The translations under genes and the position numbers were made by a program. A stretch of DNA of 64,000 nt from Octopus sinensis (lineage: Eukaryota): contig NC_043005.1 of the NCBI RefSeq assembly GCF_006345805.1, positions 34,844,001 through 34,908,000 of the forward strand, given 5' to 3'. Position 1 is the first letter of the stretch. Every line of letters starts with the position of its first letter. Below, piece by piece: positions 50,504-63,185 of the stretch. The notes under the pieces are model-generated. The model was given only the letters and a program-made list of their open reading frames with translations. It was not told the DNA's origin and did no database searches.

Positions 50504-52559
50504 CTAAGACAAACAAAAAAAAGATACAAAGACCAAACCTTTTTGTATTATTTCTATGATTTTAGTTGTGTTTAGTCACTGAATGAAACACTTCAACCAA
50601 CCCTCAGTTTCATCTCAGTTAATAACCACAGCATCACAATCATAATATTAATGGAAACAGAAAACTTTTGGAATATACATTTGTTCTACCATAAAAAAAA
50701 AATTCTCATTATGCTTGTTTTCTTTACCATTATTAGGAATGAGTGTCGCAACTCCCCATAATGACTTTCTTAGAAACAAATCAAAGATAACAGGCCAACA
50801 TAAAGAAACTTATTTTGTTGTTGATGCTGTCACCACCGCCACCACCACCACTATCTGATAGCATTCGGTTAGGCACATTAACAAATTATTTAAATCTACA
50901 TGTTGAACACATTTTTAAAACCTTCTGTGGTTCTTAAGAATTCACAGGCAGCATTATAACATAGTAAACAAGATGACCATCTGCTGTATCATGCTACAAA
51001 CCTTGTATAATGTACTTGGGCACAACAACCAAATAAAATATTTATACAAAATAATCAAGAATTCTTTATCATTATTCCTACTTGTTATTAATTAAAAATC
51101 TGAAATAGAATTTTCTTAATGTTTCCACCAAGAATCTAAAACCTTACTATTTTGAGGAATGATTAAAGGATTAGAGAAACCTTAATGTCATATGCTTTTA
51201 TGGTGGAGTGCCAAGACCCTATCACCACCTCCATAATTTGTGACTTTATACCTCATCATCATTTAATGCCTATTTTCCATACTGGCATGGGTTGGTCAGT
51301 TTGACAGGATCCAGCAAAGCTCCACTGTTAGCTTTGGCAGATTTCTATGGCTGGATAATCTTCCTAACACCAATCAATTTACAATGTGTGCTTGGTGCTT
51401 TTTATCATGGTACCAGCACTAGTGAAGTTGCCAGGTAACTTGCAAGACAAGAAAAAACAAATATGGGGAAAAGGACAAAGTCCTCTTGATGGGAGTATTT
51501 GAAAGAGCAGGGACGTGGCTTTATGCCAGGGATAAGTAGAAGTGTAGAGGTGTTTTGCCATAGAGAAAATACATGGCTACCCTGCATTATATAAGGGTGG
51601 GTGGGAGTATCAAGGGAAAGATAAGATGGTAGCGATGGGGTACCAGAGCACAACATTTAAGGAGCAAAAGAGGATATAGGTAGTGGATCAACAGGAGGAA
51701 ATATGCATGCACTGAATCCAGTGTTCCAGTATGGCCTTAGTAGTGAAAGCTAAACCAAATTAAAGAACTACTAAAGGATCAAAGGGCAGATGTACATATC
51801 AATATATAGTTGCACACACACTCTTATACAATGTTAATACTGACCAATAAAGTTAATGTTTATGTGAAGGCATACATATTTGTGTACTTACACATCTGGA
51901 TGCATGTGCACAAGTGCACAGGCAGCTTTTGTAGGTGTATGTATGCATGTGCATGTTTGCAAATGTGAGTGTTTAATTTTATGCAACTATATGTAGGAGA
52001 GATTCCAGATCAAGAAGTCTATCTGTACAAGAAAGATAATTCCTTTAAACCAGACACCCTGAATTAGAGGAAGACATCAAAATCCAGCTGGGGTTTATAT
52101 TTCTACAAAATTCTATTAATTAATGAACCCATGTCAAAATGCCATATGGTAAATATAATGTAAGAATGTGTATACACACGCATACATCTATATATATATA
52201 CATCTCCCACATACAAGTATGCATGTATGTAAGCATCATGTATGTATGTATGAATACTCAGCACTCAAGTTATCTTTAAAAAAAAATGGAAAATAGTTTG
52301 TAAATAATTAGAAGACAAGAAAGTGTAGGTAACATGTGCACAAATAGCAAGAAGAAACCAAACATACGTGAAGAAGAGAAGGCATGATGTCTAAGATGGT
52401 GTCTGACAAATTTATTCTAGGCTGTTCTGTGCAGTTGTTTACATGTCAATATTCTAAACATGCATGTCTAATGCAACTTTGACTCCAGATTTTGATTCAT
52501 ATACAAACCCACTCATACAGCACTGGAGTACAGTACCAACAGCAGTTTCAATGAATCTA

Positions 52560-52867
52560 GTTTTGAAAAGCACAGCATTAAACACCATGTGACATTGGGT
52601 CAGTTGGCACTGATGGTTAAAACCCTTCTCTGACAGGTGCAGCAGATACAAACAATATTCATATCGAACATTTGTAGATGAATGTGACCGTCCAGAAGAG
52701 TTACAGGAGATTCTGAAGTTGTCTGGAAGTCATGGTTGAAGCCAATGGTGATTTTATTGAATTGGAAAATATTTTTATGTAATTTTGGTAAATATGTGTT
52801 AAAATGAGATGTGAGTGTTAGTTTTATTTTTGCATAATTTTGATGACAATTTATTCACAACACTCTG
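52560..52867 (+). mobile_element. Tc1/mariner-superfamily 3' end with TIR
   Basis: TVQKSYRRF*SCLEVMVEANGDFIE C-terminus. Ends ...ttattcacaacactctg followed by TA (reverse complement TA-CAGAGTG). Left boundary uncertain. Confidence 0.7.
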
Positions 52868-52871
52868 TATG

Positions 52872-52901
<30 letters not shown>

Positions 52902-52902
<1 letters not shown>

Positions 52903-53134
52903 GAATAAAAAATGGAGTTAACGCAGGTTTAAACAAGTATTTTTACTTTCTACATATGTTTCAAAAATTCCACTGATACTTATTCAAAAGAATAAAAGGT
53001 ATAAACAATGCAATCTTCTCTTCGGGAAAGTGAAAAAAACGAAACTTGTCAATACGACATTTTAGCAAAAAATGATGGATTAGTATAGCGATAGACAGAA
53101 CGCTATTAATATCGTTAACTCCTTTTTTTATTCA
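52902..53134. mobile_element. Inverted-repeat-bounded element, possibly derived from a Penelope-like element
   Basis: ATATGAATAAAAAATGGAGTTAACG (52899-52923) vs reverse complement of 53113-53137, 24/25 identical, TA-flanked. Confidence 0.7.
52945..53031 (-). ncRNA. Type I hammerhead ribozyme fold with U4C core variant (probably decayed)
   Basis: ACUUUC-CCGAAGA-GAAGAUU...AAUUUUU-GAAA-C-AUAU-GUA|GAAAGU: 6-bp stem I, 7-bp stem II (2 GU pairs), palindromic ACAUAUGU stem III. Confidence 0.6.
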
Positions 53135-53278
53135 TATTATTCAAATATTCAACGTAAACACGAAGTTTCAACCTTTATAAACAAGGAGTTACAACATCTT
53201 TACTTGTGAGGTTTTTGCTGCCCTGGTAACTATTCATTCATTTATCCGTGTTAATTGTTAACAAGGTAAAATACACTC

Positions 53279-53307
<29 letters not shown>

Positions 53308-53309
<2 letters not shown>

Positions 53310-53592
53310 AATGGCCACCTTGACTGGCTTTCGTGCCGGTGGCACTTAAAAAGCACCAACCGATCGTGGCCGCTGCCAGACTCCCCTGGCACCTGTGCCA
53401 GTGGCACATAAAAAGCACCCACAACACTCACAGAGTGGTTGGCGTTAGGAAGGGCATCCAGCTGTAGAAACACTGCCAGATCAGACTGGAGCCTGGTGCA
53501 GCCTCCTGGCTTCCCAGACTCTGGTTGAAGCGTCCAACCCATGCTAGCATGGAAAACGGACGTTAAACGATGATGATGATGATGATGATGAT
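53308..53592 (+). mobile_element. RTE-LINE 3' end (family R), low divergence
   Basis: Two aaaaagcacc subrepeats, ccatgctagcatgg, (GAT)n tail, embedded in (TA)n. Confidence 0.9.
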
Positions 53593-55109
53593 ATATATAT
53601 ATATATATATATATATGGTATGCTATCATGAAGGTTTATCAGTAATTCTGAGGCCAAGTATGTGCTGCTATTTTGAAAGTTTTAGTTGTGTACTTTGCTC
53701 ATGACTAGAGAGGATGATGGGCAAGACTATTTACTTAAGATGTATAGTGACTAAATCTGTATGCTGGTGAAAGAGATTGTTCTCAAGATTATCATCCAAG
53801 ATAGCAGTCTACAAGACAAGAAAAACTCTGTCAGTATATACTCAACAATGGGGCAGTCTAGCAAGAAGTTTCTACTCCATCACACTAAAGATAGATTAGG
53901 ACAGCAGGGAAATTTCCAAATCAGATTTAGTTATGGCAAGGGCAACAACAATACCAAAAAATTTCTCAGGGGCAAGAATTGCAGAAGAAAGACACTACAC
54001 ATACATATGTATGTAACTAATTACATATATATAAACCTTTTGTTGTAGACATACAGCCATGTCAAATTTAACTGTTTCTCTGTAGATTGAAAAAATGGTG
54101 AACAGCCCAAGTTGATTTTCGGCCCTTTTTGGTCACATCAAAGGTATCTACATCACTTGATCAAATGCAGAGAAACAAATAGCCAATTTGTTTGTATAAA
54201 CATCAAATCCAGGAGCTCCAGATAACTGGAGTTACTAATTTGCGTGCTATAAGTGTTTAACATAAAATGCTTAATATCTTATTTCAATATCCAGATCATA
54301 TCAGCAGGAAACCCAGTCTACACAGTATCAAGGCATGATATAATACATGTAAACCTGCATGGTTAACATATAAACATCTAATTTACTTATTTCTCTGAAG
54401 ACTTCTGTAGTTATTAATAGAAATGTAAGAATTTGATTTTTGGATGTAATTTATATATAAAGTGAATTCTACATTTTTATGAATAGCGTTAAAAGCTTTT
54501 TGTCTCAGGAGATGAAAATATATATATAAAAAAATATTACCTTATCAAAACAAATAAATAAATAATAAAAACTCTGAAAAATTCCTCATGTTCCAATGAG
54601 AATATGGCACTGAAGCTTCCCCTTTTGATCCACCACACATCACTTCCATGCTGACTCATTAGGTTTTAGTGACAGAATTCGTAATGTGATCCTTCTTTCA
54701 AACCCTTTAAGATCATTGAATTAAATTCTTCATGTAGATATCATTTATCTGTTTAATCCCTATCATTATTGCTATATACCTACACCACCAACATACTACT
54801 ATCAATATTTAATCTATGTCCTATCATTTACAATGATGGTTATTAATCCACTATTCATATCTTAACCCTACTGCCAACATTACTATAAAACACCTGATAG
54901 CATTTTATTCTATCTAAAATGTTAATCACTGCCATTAATCATATATCATTATTAATTAATAGTTTATCATCAGTCACTGGTTACTGGCTACTATATCTTT
55001 TTACTATTCACCCAGATATACTAACTTTTGCACACTTTCTGTCATATAACAAACCCTTTGGTAAATATAAGAAAATTTTGACCACACCTACTATTATTAT
55101 TATAATTGT

Positions 55110-55735
55110 TAGCATGCCAGGCAAAATGCTTAGCAGCATTTCGCCTGTCTTTACGTTTGGAGTTCAAAATCTGCCAAGGTTGACTTTGCCTTTCATCCTT
55201 TCAGGGTCGATGAAATAAGTACTGATGTCAACATAATTGACTACCCCACCACCCCAAAATTTCAGGTCTTTATTGTTATTTCTACTGGTGGTACAAGGCC
55301 TGAAATTTTAGTTGGGTGGGAACTAGTCAAATACATTGACTCTAGGGCTCAAATGGTTCTTATTTTATTGACCCTGGAAGAATGAAAGGCAAAATTGATC
55401 TTAGCAGAACTTTTGTCTTTTCTCGTTTTGAGGTCAATAGAATAAGTATCAGTTAAGCACTTGGATCAATGAAATTGACAAGATAACCTCCTACAAAGTT
55501 TCAGGCCTTTGTGCCTTAAGTAAAAAGAAAATATTTTTATTATTATTATTACAATGCTAAAAGCAGCAAGCTGGATACAATGCTTAGCAGTACTTTGTCC
55601 ACCTTTAGTTCAAATTCTACTGAGGTCAACTTTACCTTTCATCCTTTCAGAGTCGATAAAATAAGTACCAGTTGAGTACTGGGGTCAAAGTAATTGACTA
55701 TTCCCCTACACCAAAAAGTAGAAAGGATTATTATT
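55110..55735. mobile_element. Cluster of four family N SINE segments (+, -, +, +)
   Basis: About 55110-55268 (+), 55295-55410 (-), 55410-55530 (+, 3' half) and 55557-55735 (+). Confidence 0.8.
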
Positions 55736-56989
55736 ACAAAGCTAACAATGGATTGTTATTCAGCCTAATATAATTACATTTCTTTTCCCTATGAATAACC
55801 CTTTGTTTTCAATTTTCTACAAACTGTTGAGTAACCTATATATTTAATTTTATAATCACCTTTAACCCTATATATACTTAACCTTATACACTTCAACATT
55901 CACCCAATAGAATGTATGCTTTAGATTTCACCTTTATAATAAACACACTAATTAATCCTTTCCAAGCAACCTTTTTCTCATTATTATGCTTTTTATAATA
56001 AGCCACTAATCTATTTAATTCAACCTGAATTTCAACTTTTCATACTGAAATCTTAATCCAGTATTTTTAACCCTACTAGGAATTCTTAAATATTCATTAA
56101 TCCTTATATTTGTGTGGGGATCAGCAAGTCAAAGAACAGACTCAATGTTTCCTTTGCATGTCATAAAAGGTTGAGGTAGGATTTCTGACCTTGTAAAACT
56201 GTCACCAACAACAACTGCCCAAACAGACCCATGGGTTGGAGAGTTGTCACTTGTGTCATGCAACGGTGTCATCTGCCAGGAGTAGGAAATTATCAACAAA
56301 TGATGAATGCAGTAACGCACTGTTACAGAGCATGCCCCCATACTAGAACTGCTACTACTACTAATCTTCATTTTCAACTCTACATCGTCCCCCTGTAATT
56401 TAGTCTGTATGACTGACACTCCATTTCCCATCAATAATACTATATATGCATTAATTTCCAATTTCCTTCCTCAGAAAAACATTCTACTCTGAAGCCCTTA
56501 TTGCTGTATTGTTGCAGGAATCAAAGACATCAAATATATAGGGAACATGGACATTAAATGATGATGATGATGTGAAGAAAATGATCAGTAGGAGCTGCAA
56601 GATATAGATAATGATAAGGGGTTCATCATCATGCAAACCACCCTCCCACCAACCCACCAAGTTCTACTCCCACAAAGCACATGCTGAATAGAAGTTGGTG
56701 GTGTGGATAGGAGGGTAGTTTGCAAGATTGTATGGAACAGTGAATGTGGGGTGGGGAAACAAGCTACCAAAATGGGTAGGGTTAAAGAATGGCTGAAAAA
56801 AAGAGTCATGATGCTGAAGAGTGGGGAAGGGCAGCAGGAGTAGTAAAGATGACACAGTTGTTGGGGTGGAGGAACAAGATACAATATGGTTGGAGAGTCT
56901 ATGGAGCCAAGGTGGAACGAGAAAAGGCAAGCATAATGCATGGGAGGAAAGAGTCACTGTAACAGTTGACTCCAAAACAGCACTTCCAG

Positions 56990-57265
56990 AACTCATTTTG
57001 CTGAGGAAGGTGTGCCTTTTTGAGAACTTCATATTGCCAGAGATCCTGGTCCTTTGCTATCTCATCCGTCAGGCTCAGGGTCCTGAAGTCAATTTTTACC
57101 ACTTCCTCCCATGTCTTCCACTTCTGAAGGTTCTGGTCACATTAAGTAAACAGCACTTTTTTATATGACTGACCTCATCCATATGCATCACATGTTCATT
57201 CCAGCACAGTCTTCTTTCTTAAACACATCTGATTCTTCCTATACCCAGTTTTTCACTCAGCAGTT
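56990..57265 (-). mobile_element. RTE LINE ORF C-terminus
   Basis: LSEKLGIGRIRCV*ERRLCWNEHVMHMDE...KIDFRTLSLTDEIAKDQDLWQYEVLKK. Confidence 0.8.
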
Positions 57266-58689
57266 TTGTATACACACTCACACTGCACATCCAATGGAGA
57301 ATGTTCACTTCATTTCTTTCCAGTCTTATTAAGTCTGTTGCATTGCTGTTCTAGCATAAGCATCATACAATTGAGTACACCATATGGAGTTTTTCTGTTT
57401 ACTCTCTTTCTTCACACACACACACACACACACACACAAATACTACAAAGTATGAGAAACTGTTTATAAGATAATTAGTTTCACCTTCTTATGTATATTT
57501 CATTAAAATAAGGTGATTATGAGTTACATCTGCACAATCTACATAACATAACCAACAAATCACCCACAACAAGCCCTTTAAAATGTAGGCCATTTAATTC
57601 ATAAAGCTTAAGACAACATCAGTTCAATACAGATCCCTGATATTTCAAAGATGAAAGTGTAATGGTTGTAAGAACAATTTTTCTCTTTTTGTAGGTCAGA
57701 GAAGAAAATCAGTGCCCATGACCTTATTGCAAGGGACACTTGGTCAAGAGAACTCATTAGTCTTATTGAGAACATGACAAACTCCTTAGTATTGGTACCA
57801 TAACAGCAATGCATTCAGTACATTGTGTAAAATGGTTGGTGTTAGAAAGGGTGTCCAGTCATAGAAAACAACAAGTGAGATGCTGCCTGTCAACCCATCT
57901 GGAAAAAGTCACTCTAAATAAGGACTGACTTAGATTAAAACAACTCATCCAACCCATACCAGCATGGAAAATGGAAGTAAAACAATGATAATGATGATGA
58001 TACATGTAAGCATGTCTGAAACAATGTTGCTACTATACAGCTAAGAGCTTTAGAAAGACAACGCCAATGGTCGCTCTCTGATCGGCCACAACTAACAACC
58101 TTCTAAATATATATACACTGTAAATAAAGTTACATTACGGTGATTATCATTTTAGCATCCATTTTTTCATGCTGGCATGCCATTTTTCATCAGTAATCAT
58201 CATACATTCTAAAAAAGCATAATCAAGTGTAGAGCAGTCAACTTAGTGCAGATGGAATTAACAATTGATTTAGCCCTTCCCATCATACACACATATATAT
58301 ACACATACCCACACACATATTACTAAGACTTATTGATTACAGAGAGAGATGACTTGAAATCATATATAAAAGAAAGAACAGCATCCAAGCAATTTTTACT
58401 GGTCTGACAACATATGAGCACATACATTCAGAGAAATACACATATAAAAAGCTGAAATGTTACTCATCTTAGCCAGCAACCCTACCTAGGATGATAGAGG
58501 TAACACACCACCCAGTTTACACCACTGCCACTTGATTTCATTGGATTTTGGTGGAATATATTTAGTTAGAATCATTTAGACTACATCCTAACCCTAACCT
58601 AACTGATAGCTTCTGTGTCCATATTTTTCCCTGCAAACATTGATCCATAGATTTTCAGGCTGAGTAGGTATCAGCCATATCATTATTAC

Positions 58690-58741
58690 CTGTGTGAAAA
58701 AGGGTTTGCAAAGATTAGGGTCACTGCCTCTACTCCTTTGA
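58690..58741 (-). CDS. Candidate internal exon (52 nt)
   Basis: aattttatatttcag|TCAAAG...ACACAG|gtaata. Open frames KGVEAVTLIFANPFSH or QRSRGSDPNLCKPFFTQ. Confidence 0.25.
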
Positions 58742-59469
58742 CTGAAATATAAAATTAACAAATCCTTTAAAATAGGGTTAGGTATGTGAAACATCAGGAA
58801 AAGGAAATGATCATCATCATCAGTTGCATCCCACCACTGATGCTGCCACCACCACCACCACCATCATCGTTGTCATCATAAGTCCATTTTCCATGCTGGT
58901 ATAGGTTGGATGGCTTGAAAGAAATGGATAAGGCCAGTGGCTGTACCAGGTTCTATAGTCTTTCATGTAATATTTTTTTTAAATTTAGACTAACCCAAAC
59001 TTTAAGAAATATAGCTGCATTTTTGAAAAGCCAAATTTGGAATATGTTGATGCATTTAAAACTACATGTACACAGACGAAAATAAATTTAAGACTCATAA
59101 TAAAAGTTCTATTTCTTACAAAATATTTTGTTACTAACACCATGCAAATTATTTAATTATTTCTATCTTTTACACCTTATGCAAAATTTATTTCTCTTTC
59201 AAATGATGCAGACAAAAACTATTTTTATACAACTTGAAGAATTCTAATGCTAAATTAATATAAATGTTTCAAATTTATCAGCAAAATTAGTTTAAGACTG
59301 TATCGTTATAATTTTATTTAAAGCTTAAAATTGTAGCAAAAATGGGCAACAAGAATGAAATTCATATTAGTACTTTGTGCCGTAGCCTTTACACACACAC
59401 ACACACATATATACTCACACACATATATATATATCTTAATCTTTTACTGGTTTCAGCCCAGAGCTGAGG

Positions 59470-60300
59470 TCATTCTGATGCACCACCTGTTGTTACTTGG
59501 TGTTGTTTCCAGTATTGTTTTTGGTGAGTTGGACGGAGCTGGTCTTCTTTGTGTTTCCTGCTCTGATGTGGGCTCATCTGGTATCTCATATAGAAATCTA
59601 GCAGGATGTTGAACAATTGCAGGCCCTTGAAAGCCAGACTATTGCAGTACTGTATCCTTATTTTAGATGGGGAAGATGAAATCTTTGGTATGGTGCAGTG
59701 GTGTCCAGTTCGAGGATTGGTATAACTGTCAATTTGAAAATGAGGAGCTAAACTCTCCAAGATCTTCAAGATATATATCACAGCATATCTCTCTTGTCTT
59801 CTCTCCAGGGAATAGAGACTCAGCTCCTTTTGCCTATCTTTTGCATCGAGTCAATTTTCATTGTGTATTAATGCTGAATTTTTTCAAGTTCCACAGTTTG
59901 TTTCACACTCTGTGGCAGCTGAGAAATGAAGTCCTCCCCTTTCCTGGTTCTGAATGTCTTCAGAATTCATCCAGCCTCTCACCTGCAGTGTTGCCATCTT
60001 GGTAATATGCACATGGAATATTGCATCATTGCTCACGTGAACCCCCAGGTCATGCACTGACTCTGACTCTGGGATCATATTACTTTCTGGTCCAGCATAT
60101 TCCAATTTTTGCCTGGTGTTGGGCCAATAATGGAGTGCTTGAAATTTCATAGTATTGAACTGCCTGTTATTTTTGTTAGCCCATGTGAATATTTCATTCA
60201 GGTCTTTCTGCAGTTTTATGATGTCCTTTGGGTTTCTAACTGCCTGTGATACTTATGTATCGTCAGCATAACTGGGGAAATTGGCTGTCAGTATGTCAGT
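59470..60300 (-). mobile_element. CR1-clade LINE, RT and C-terminal region, decayed
   Basis: YADD at 60259-60270, LQKDLNEIFTWANKNN..FN..KFQAL, DLGVHVSND, YILKILESLAP, FKGLQLFNIL. Confidence 0.88.
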
Positions 60301-60842
60301 AGGGTGTATATATATATATATCATATATTAATTTTCAGACTGCTCACTCCTACCCCATATATTTAAGTATAATTCTTTTTAAAAAAAAGTACATAAAAAT
60401 ATGAAAGAAAACAGAATTGGTAGTAAAAAGCATAACACTGTTTAAATATGTAGGGGTAATATCTAGAGGCTAGAAAAAATTCTTATATATATATATATAT
60501 ACACACACATATATATATATCACTAGGTTATATTTACAGATATAAAACAATATATTTTCAATTTGAAATGCTGCAATGAAAAAGACAGGAGATAAATAAA
60601 TGTAAGAGAAAAAAAAGACAAAAACCAGAAACTGAAGAAAATTGCAATACAGACCTATAGAGTGAGTCATCAATTTCTGTATCCATTGACATGGTTAATT
60701 TATATCGGGAGGGACTTTATTTGTAGCTGCAGACAATTAGAAATAAATACAGGAAACCTGTTTGGAGAAACAAAATACAGAAATCCATCATCATCATCAT
60801 CATTATTATTATTATTATTATTACTACTATTATTATTATTAT

Positions 60843-61025
60843 TAAGGTGACAAGCTGGCAGAATCGTTAGCACACCAGGCAAAATGCTTAGTGACATTTC
60901 GTCCATCTCCGTGTTTTGAGTTCAAATTCCGCTGAGGTCTTTCACAGATAAACACCGAGATCGATGTAATCAACTAGTACCCTCCCACAAATTTTCAGGC
61001 TTTGTGCCTTTAGTAGAACAGATTA
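60843..61025 (+). mobile_element. Family N SINE with internal deletion
   Basis: (TTA)n-aaggtgacaagctggcagaatcgttagcac...gagttcaaattccgctgaggtc...gattattatt. Confidence 0.85.
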
Positions 61026-61034
61026 TTATTACTT

Positions 61035-61545
61035 AGTAGTCATATTTTTATTGTCTGCTTTCACTGCACTACCAAGCACAGCTCTGTGTGTCTTGAGTAT
61101 ATGCTGCAGTTAGTCATGGTGTTGTTATTTTTATTGTATTGGAACTGTTCTACATAAGATGTGTGCAGAGCCTATCAGTGTTATTTTATGTTATAGATAT
61201 ATATATGTATGTATGTATGTATATATGTTTGTATTTGTAAGTCTTGGAGCTTCAATTATGCATACTGTTTTCTAACCATACCTAAAAAACCTATTATTAT
61301 GGTGGTTGTTTCTGTCTTCATGGTCCCCATACAGGTTTTCTCTATTTCCAGATCTTTGTATTTCAATAATGCTTTCCATCTCCTTTAGAGATACATTGTC
61401 ATCTATTAAGATTAATATGTCAATTAGGAAACTTTTCTTTCCTTTTCCTCTTTGACTACAATATCTGGTCAATTAACCATCATATTTTAGATTATAGTTG
61501 CTTTGTCATTTTCAGAACTTCTCTAAGGTATTTCTACATCATGTC
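61035..61545 (-). mobile_element. RLE-type (R4/Dong-like) LINE 3' end
   Basis: ENDKATI..N*PDIVVK..FLIDI...KYKDLEIE...TETTTIIIGFLGMV...LIGSAHILCRT, short 3' UTR ending in a taataataa tail. Confidence 0.82.
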
Positions 61546-61569
61546 TTTGCTGCTGCTGCTGTTATTATT

Positions 61570-61781
61570 AAGGCAGCGAGCTGACAGAATCATTAGCACA
61601 CCAACCAAATTGCTTAGTGGCATTTTGTCTGTCGTTATATTTTGAGTTCAAATTCCCAGGTCAACATTGCCTTTCATCTTTTCATGGTTGATAAAATAAG
61701 TACCAGTTGAACAGTGGGGTCAATGTAATCAACTATACCCTTCCTCTGAAAATTGTTGGCCTTGTGCTTCCAGTAGAAAGG

Positions 61782-61820
<39 letters not shown>
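61570..61820 (+). mobile_element. Family N SINE with (TTA)n tail
   Basis: ttattattaaggcagcgagctgacagaatc...gtagaaaggattattattatt. Confidence 0.85.
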
Positions 61821-62769
61821 TCAAGAGTGTTACATTCAAAACTTATTAGTCAGAAACTTACAAAAGTGTTAAGTTAAATTATAAGACAGCTGCTGGCTCA
61901 TGTAGCCAGCTATAATTTAGAGGATCCACTGCCATCTTTACCCCTGATTCCTGTGGTGTTTAATAAAAACATTAATAAACAAATATGTTCAGAGGCCACA
62001 AGGGTATTGTCATTATTGTGCCATCTCTGCTAAACACATTTTAAGCTGTTTATTTATCAGCTAACAACTAAGAGTTATATAGGCAGTCTTCCAGTTATTA
62101 AGTGCATGCATAAATCATGAGGCCTTACATATGCACAATGGTATACATGCAGTAACTATGTTCATACATTAGCAGGAGAATATATTTACCAAACTTTACC
62201 AATTTATTCATATTTTTCATTCCCTCAACACACACACACAATTTGTAATAGAGAAATGTATTTAAAATCTTCAGGGTTTACTTACAAATGCTGCAAACAC
62301 ATAGCAACATATATTTATATATGCACAGAAAACATATCTATGTGTTATATACACAAGAAGCTATTCTCTTGGTGATTATACATGTATGTATGCTTACATA
62401 CATGCATATACATAAACTAATAAGAGCTTGTTTTCACAAAAGAGGGAGTAATTATTTCATAAAGCAAAACTATAATTTTCCATAAACCCTTGCTATCACT
62501 TGTTACTAAAATAGATAAAACACAAGATATTGACAAAGAGCCACAGAGATCATCACCATTTAACATCCACTTTTGGTCCAATGGAATTTGTTGAGGTAAA
62601 TTTTCTATGCCATGATGCCTTTCCAGTTGCCAACCTTCACTTGTTTCCACCAAGTTAATATTTCCCCATGGAAGACATGATTTTCATAGAAGAATGGAAA
62701 CAAAAAGCATCACTTGTATGATGGTGATGCTAATTTAACAACCAATATATGATGCTAAGACAAGGGCAC

Positions 62770-62930
62770 GCACACACACACCACATATATATTATGGGCT
62801 TCTTTCAGTTTCTGTCTAACAAATCCACTCAAGGCTTTAGTTGGTTTGGATGACACTTATCCAAAGTGCCATGCAGTGTGACTAAACTTAAGATCATATG
62901 GTTGGGAAGGAAGATTCTTAGCCACAATCA
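62770..62930 (-). mobile_element. Family C SINE, 5' part
   Basis: gggcttctttcagtttctgtctaacaaatccactc...gacacttatccaaagtgccatgcagtg. Confidence 0.75.
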
Positions 62931-62989
62931 AATGGATGTGAAACCTGAACTCCTACAGGACTATTATGACATGTTAAGATGGCAGAACT

Positions 62990-63185
62990 GTGAGAAAGCC
63001 AAGCACAATGATTAGCAACATTACTTCCTTCTTTACATTCTGAATTCAAATCTCGCTGGGGTCAATTTTGCCTTTTATCCTTTCAGGGTCAATAAAATAA
63101 GTACTAGTTGAACACTAGGGCTAATTTAATTGACTTAGTCCCTCTCCCCAAACCTGCTGGTCTTGTGCCAAGATTTGAAACCATT
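62990..63185 (+). mobile_element. Family N SINE
   Basis: gatggcagaac...gaattcaaatc...gccttttatcctttcagggtcaataaaataagtac...cttgtgccaagatttgaaa. Confidence 0.8.

Noticed and set aside
53761-54048. 95-aa plus ORF with ordinary composition
   Set aside because: No recognisable motif or splice context, and its length is within chance expectation.
54720-56100. G-poor, strand-skewed DNA suggestive of a NUMT
   Set aside because: No mitochondrial protein, tRNA or rRNA motif could be read, and it is interrupted by SINEs. A BLAST against mtDNA would settle it.
58585-58785. cctaaccctaacc / tagggttagg telomere-like motifs
   Set aside because: Only about 2 units each, too short to call interstitial telomere or a defined element.
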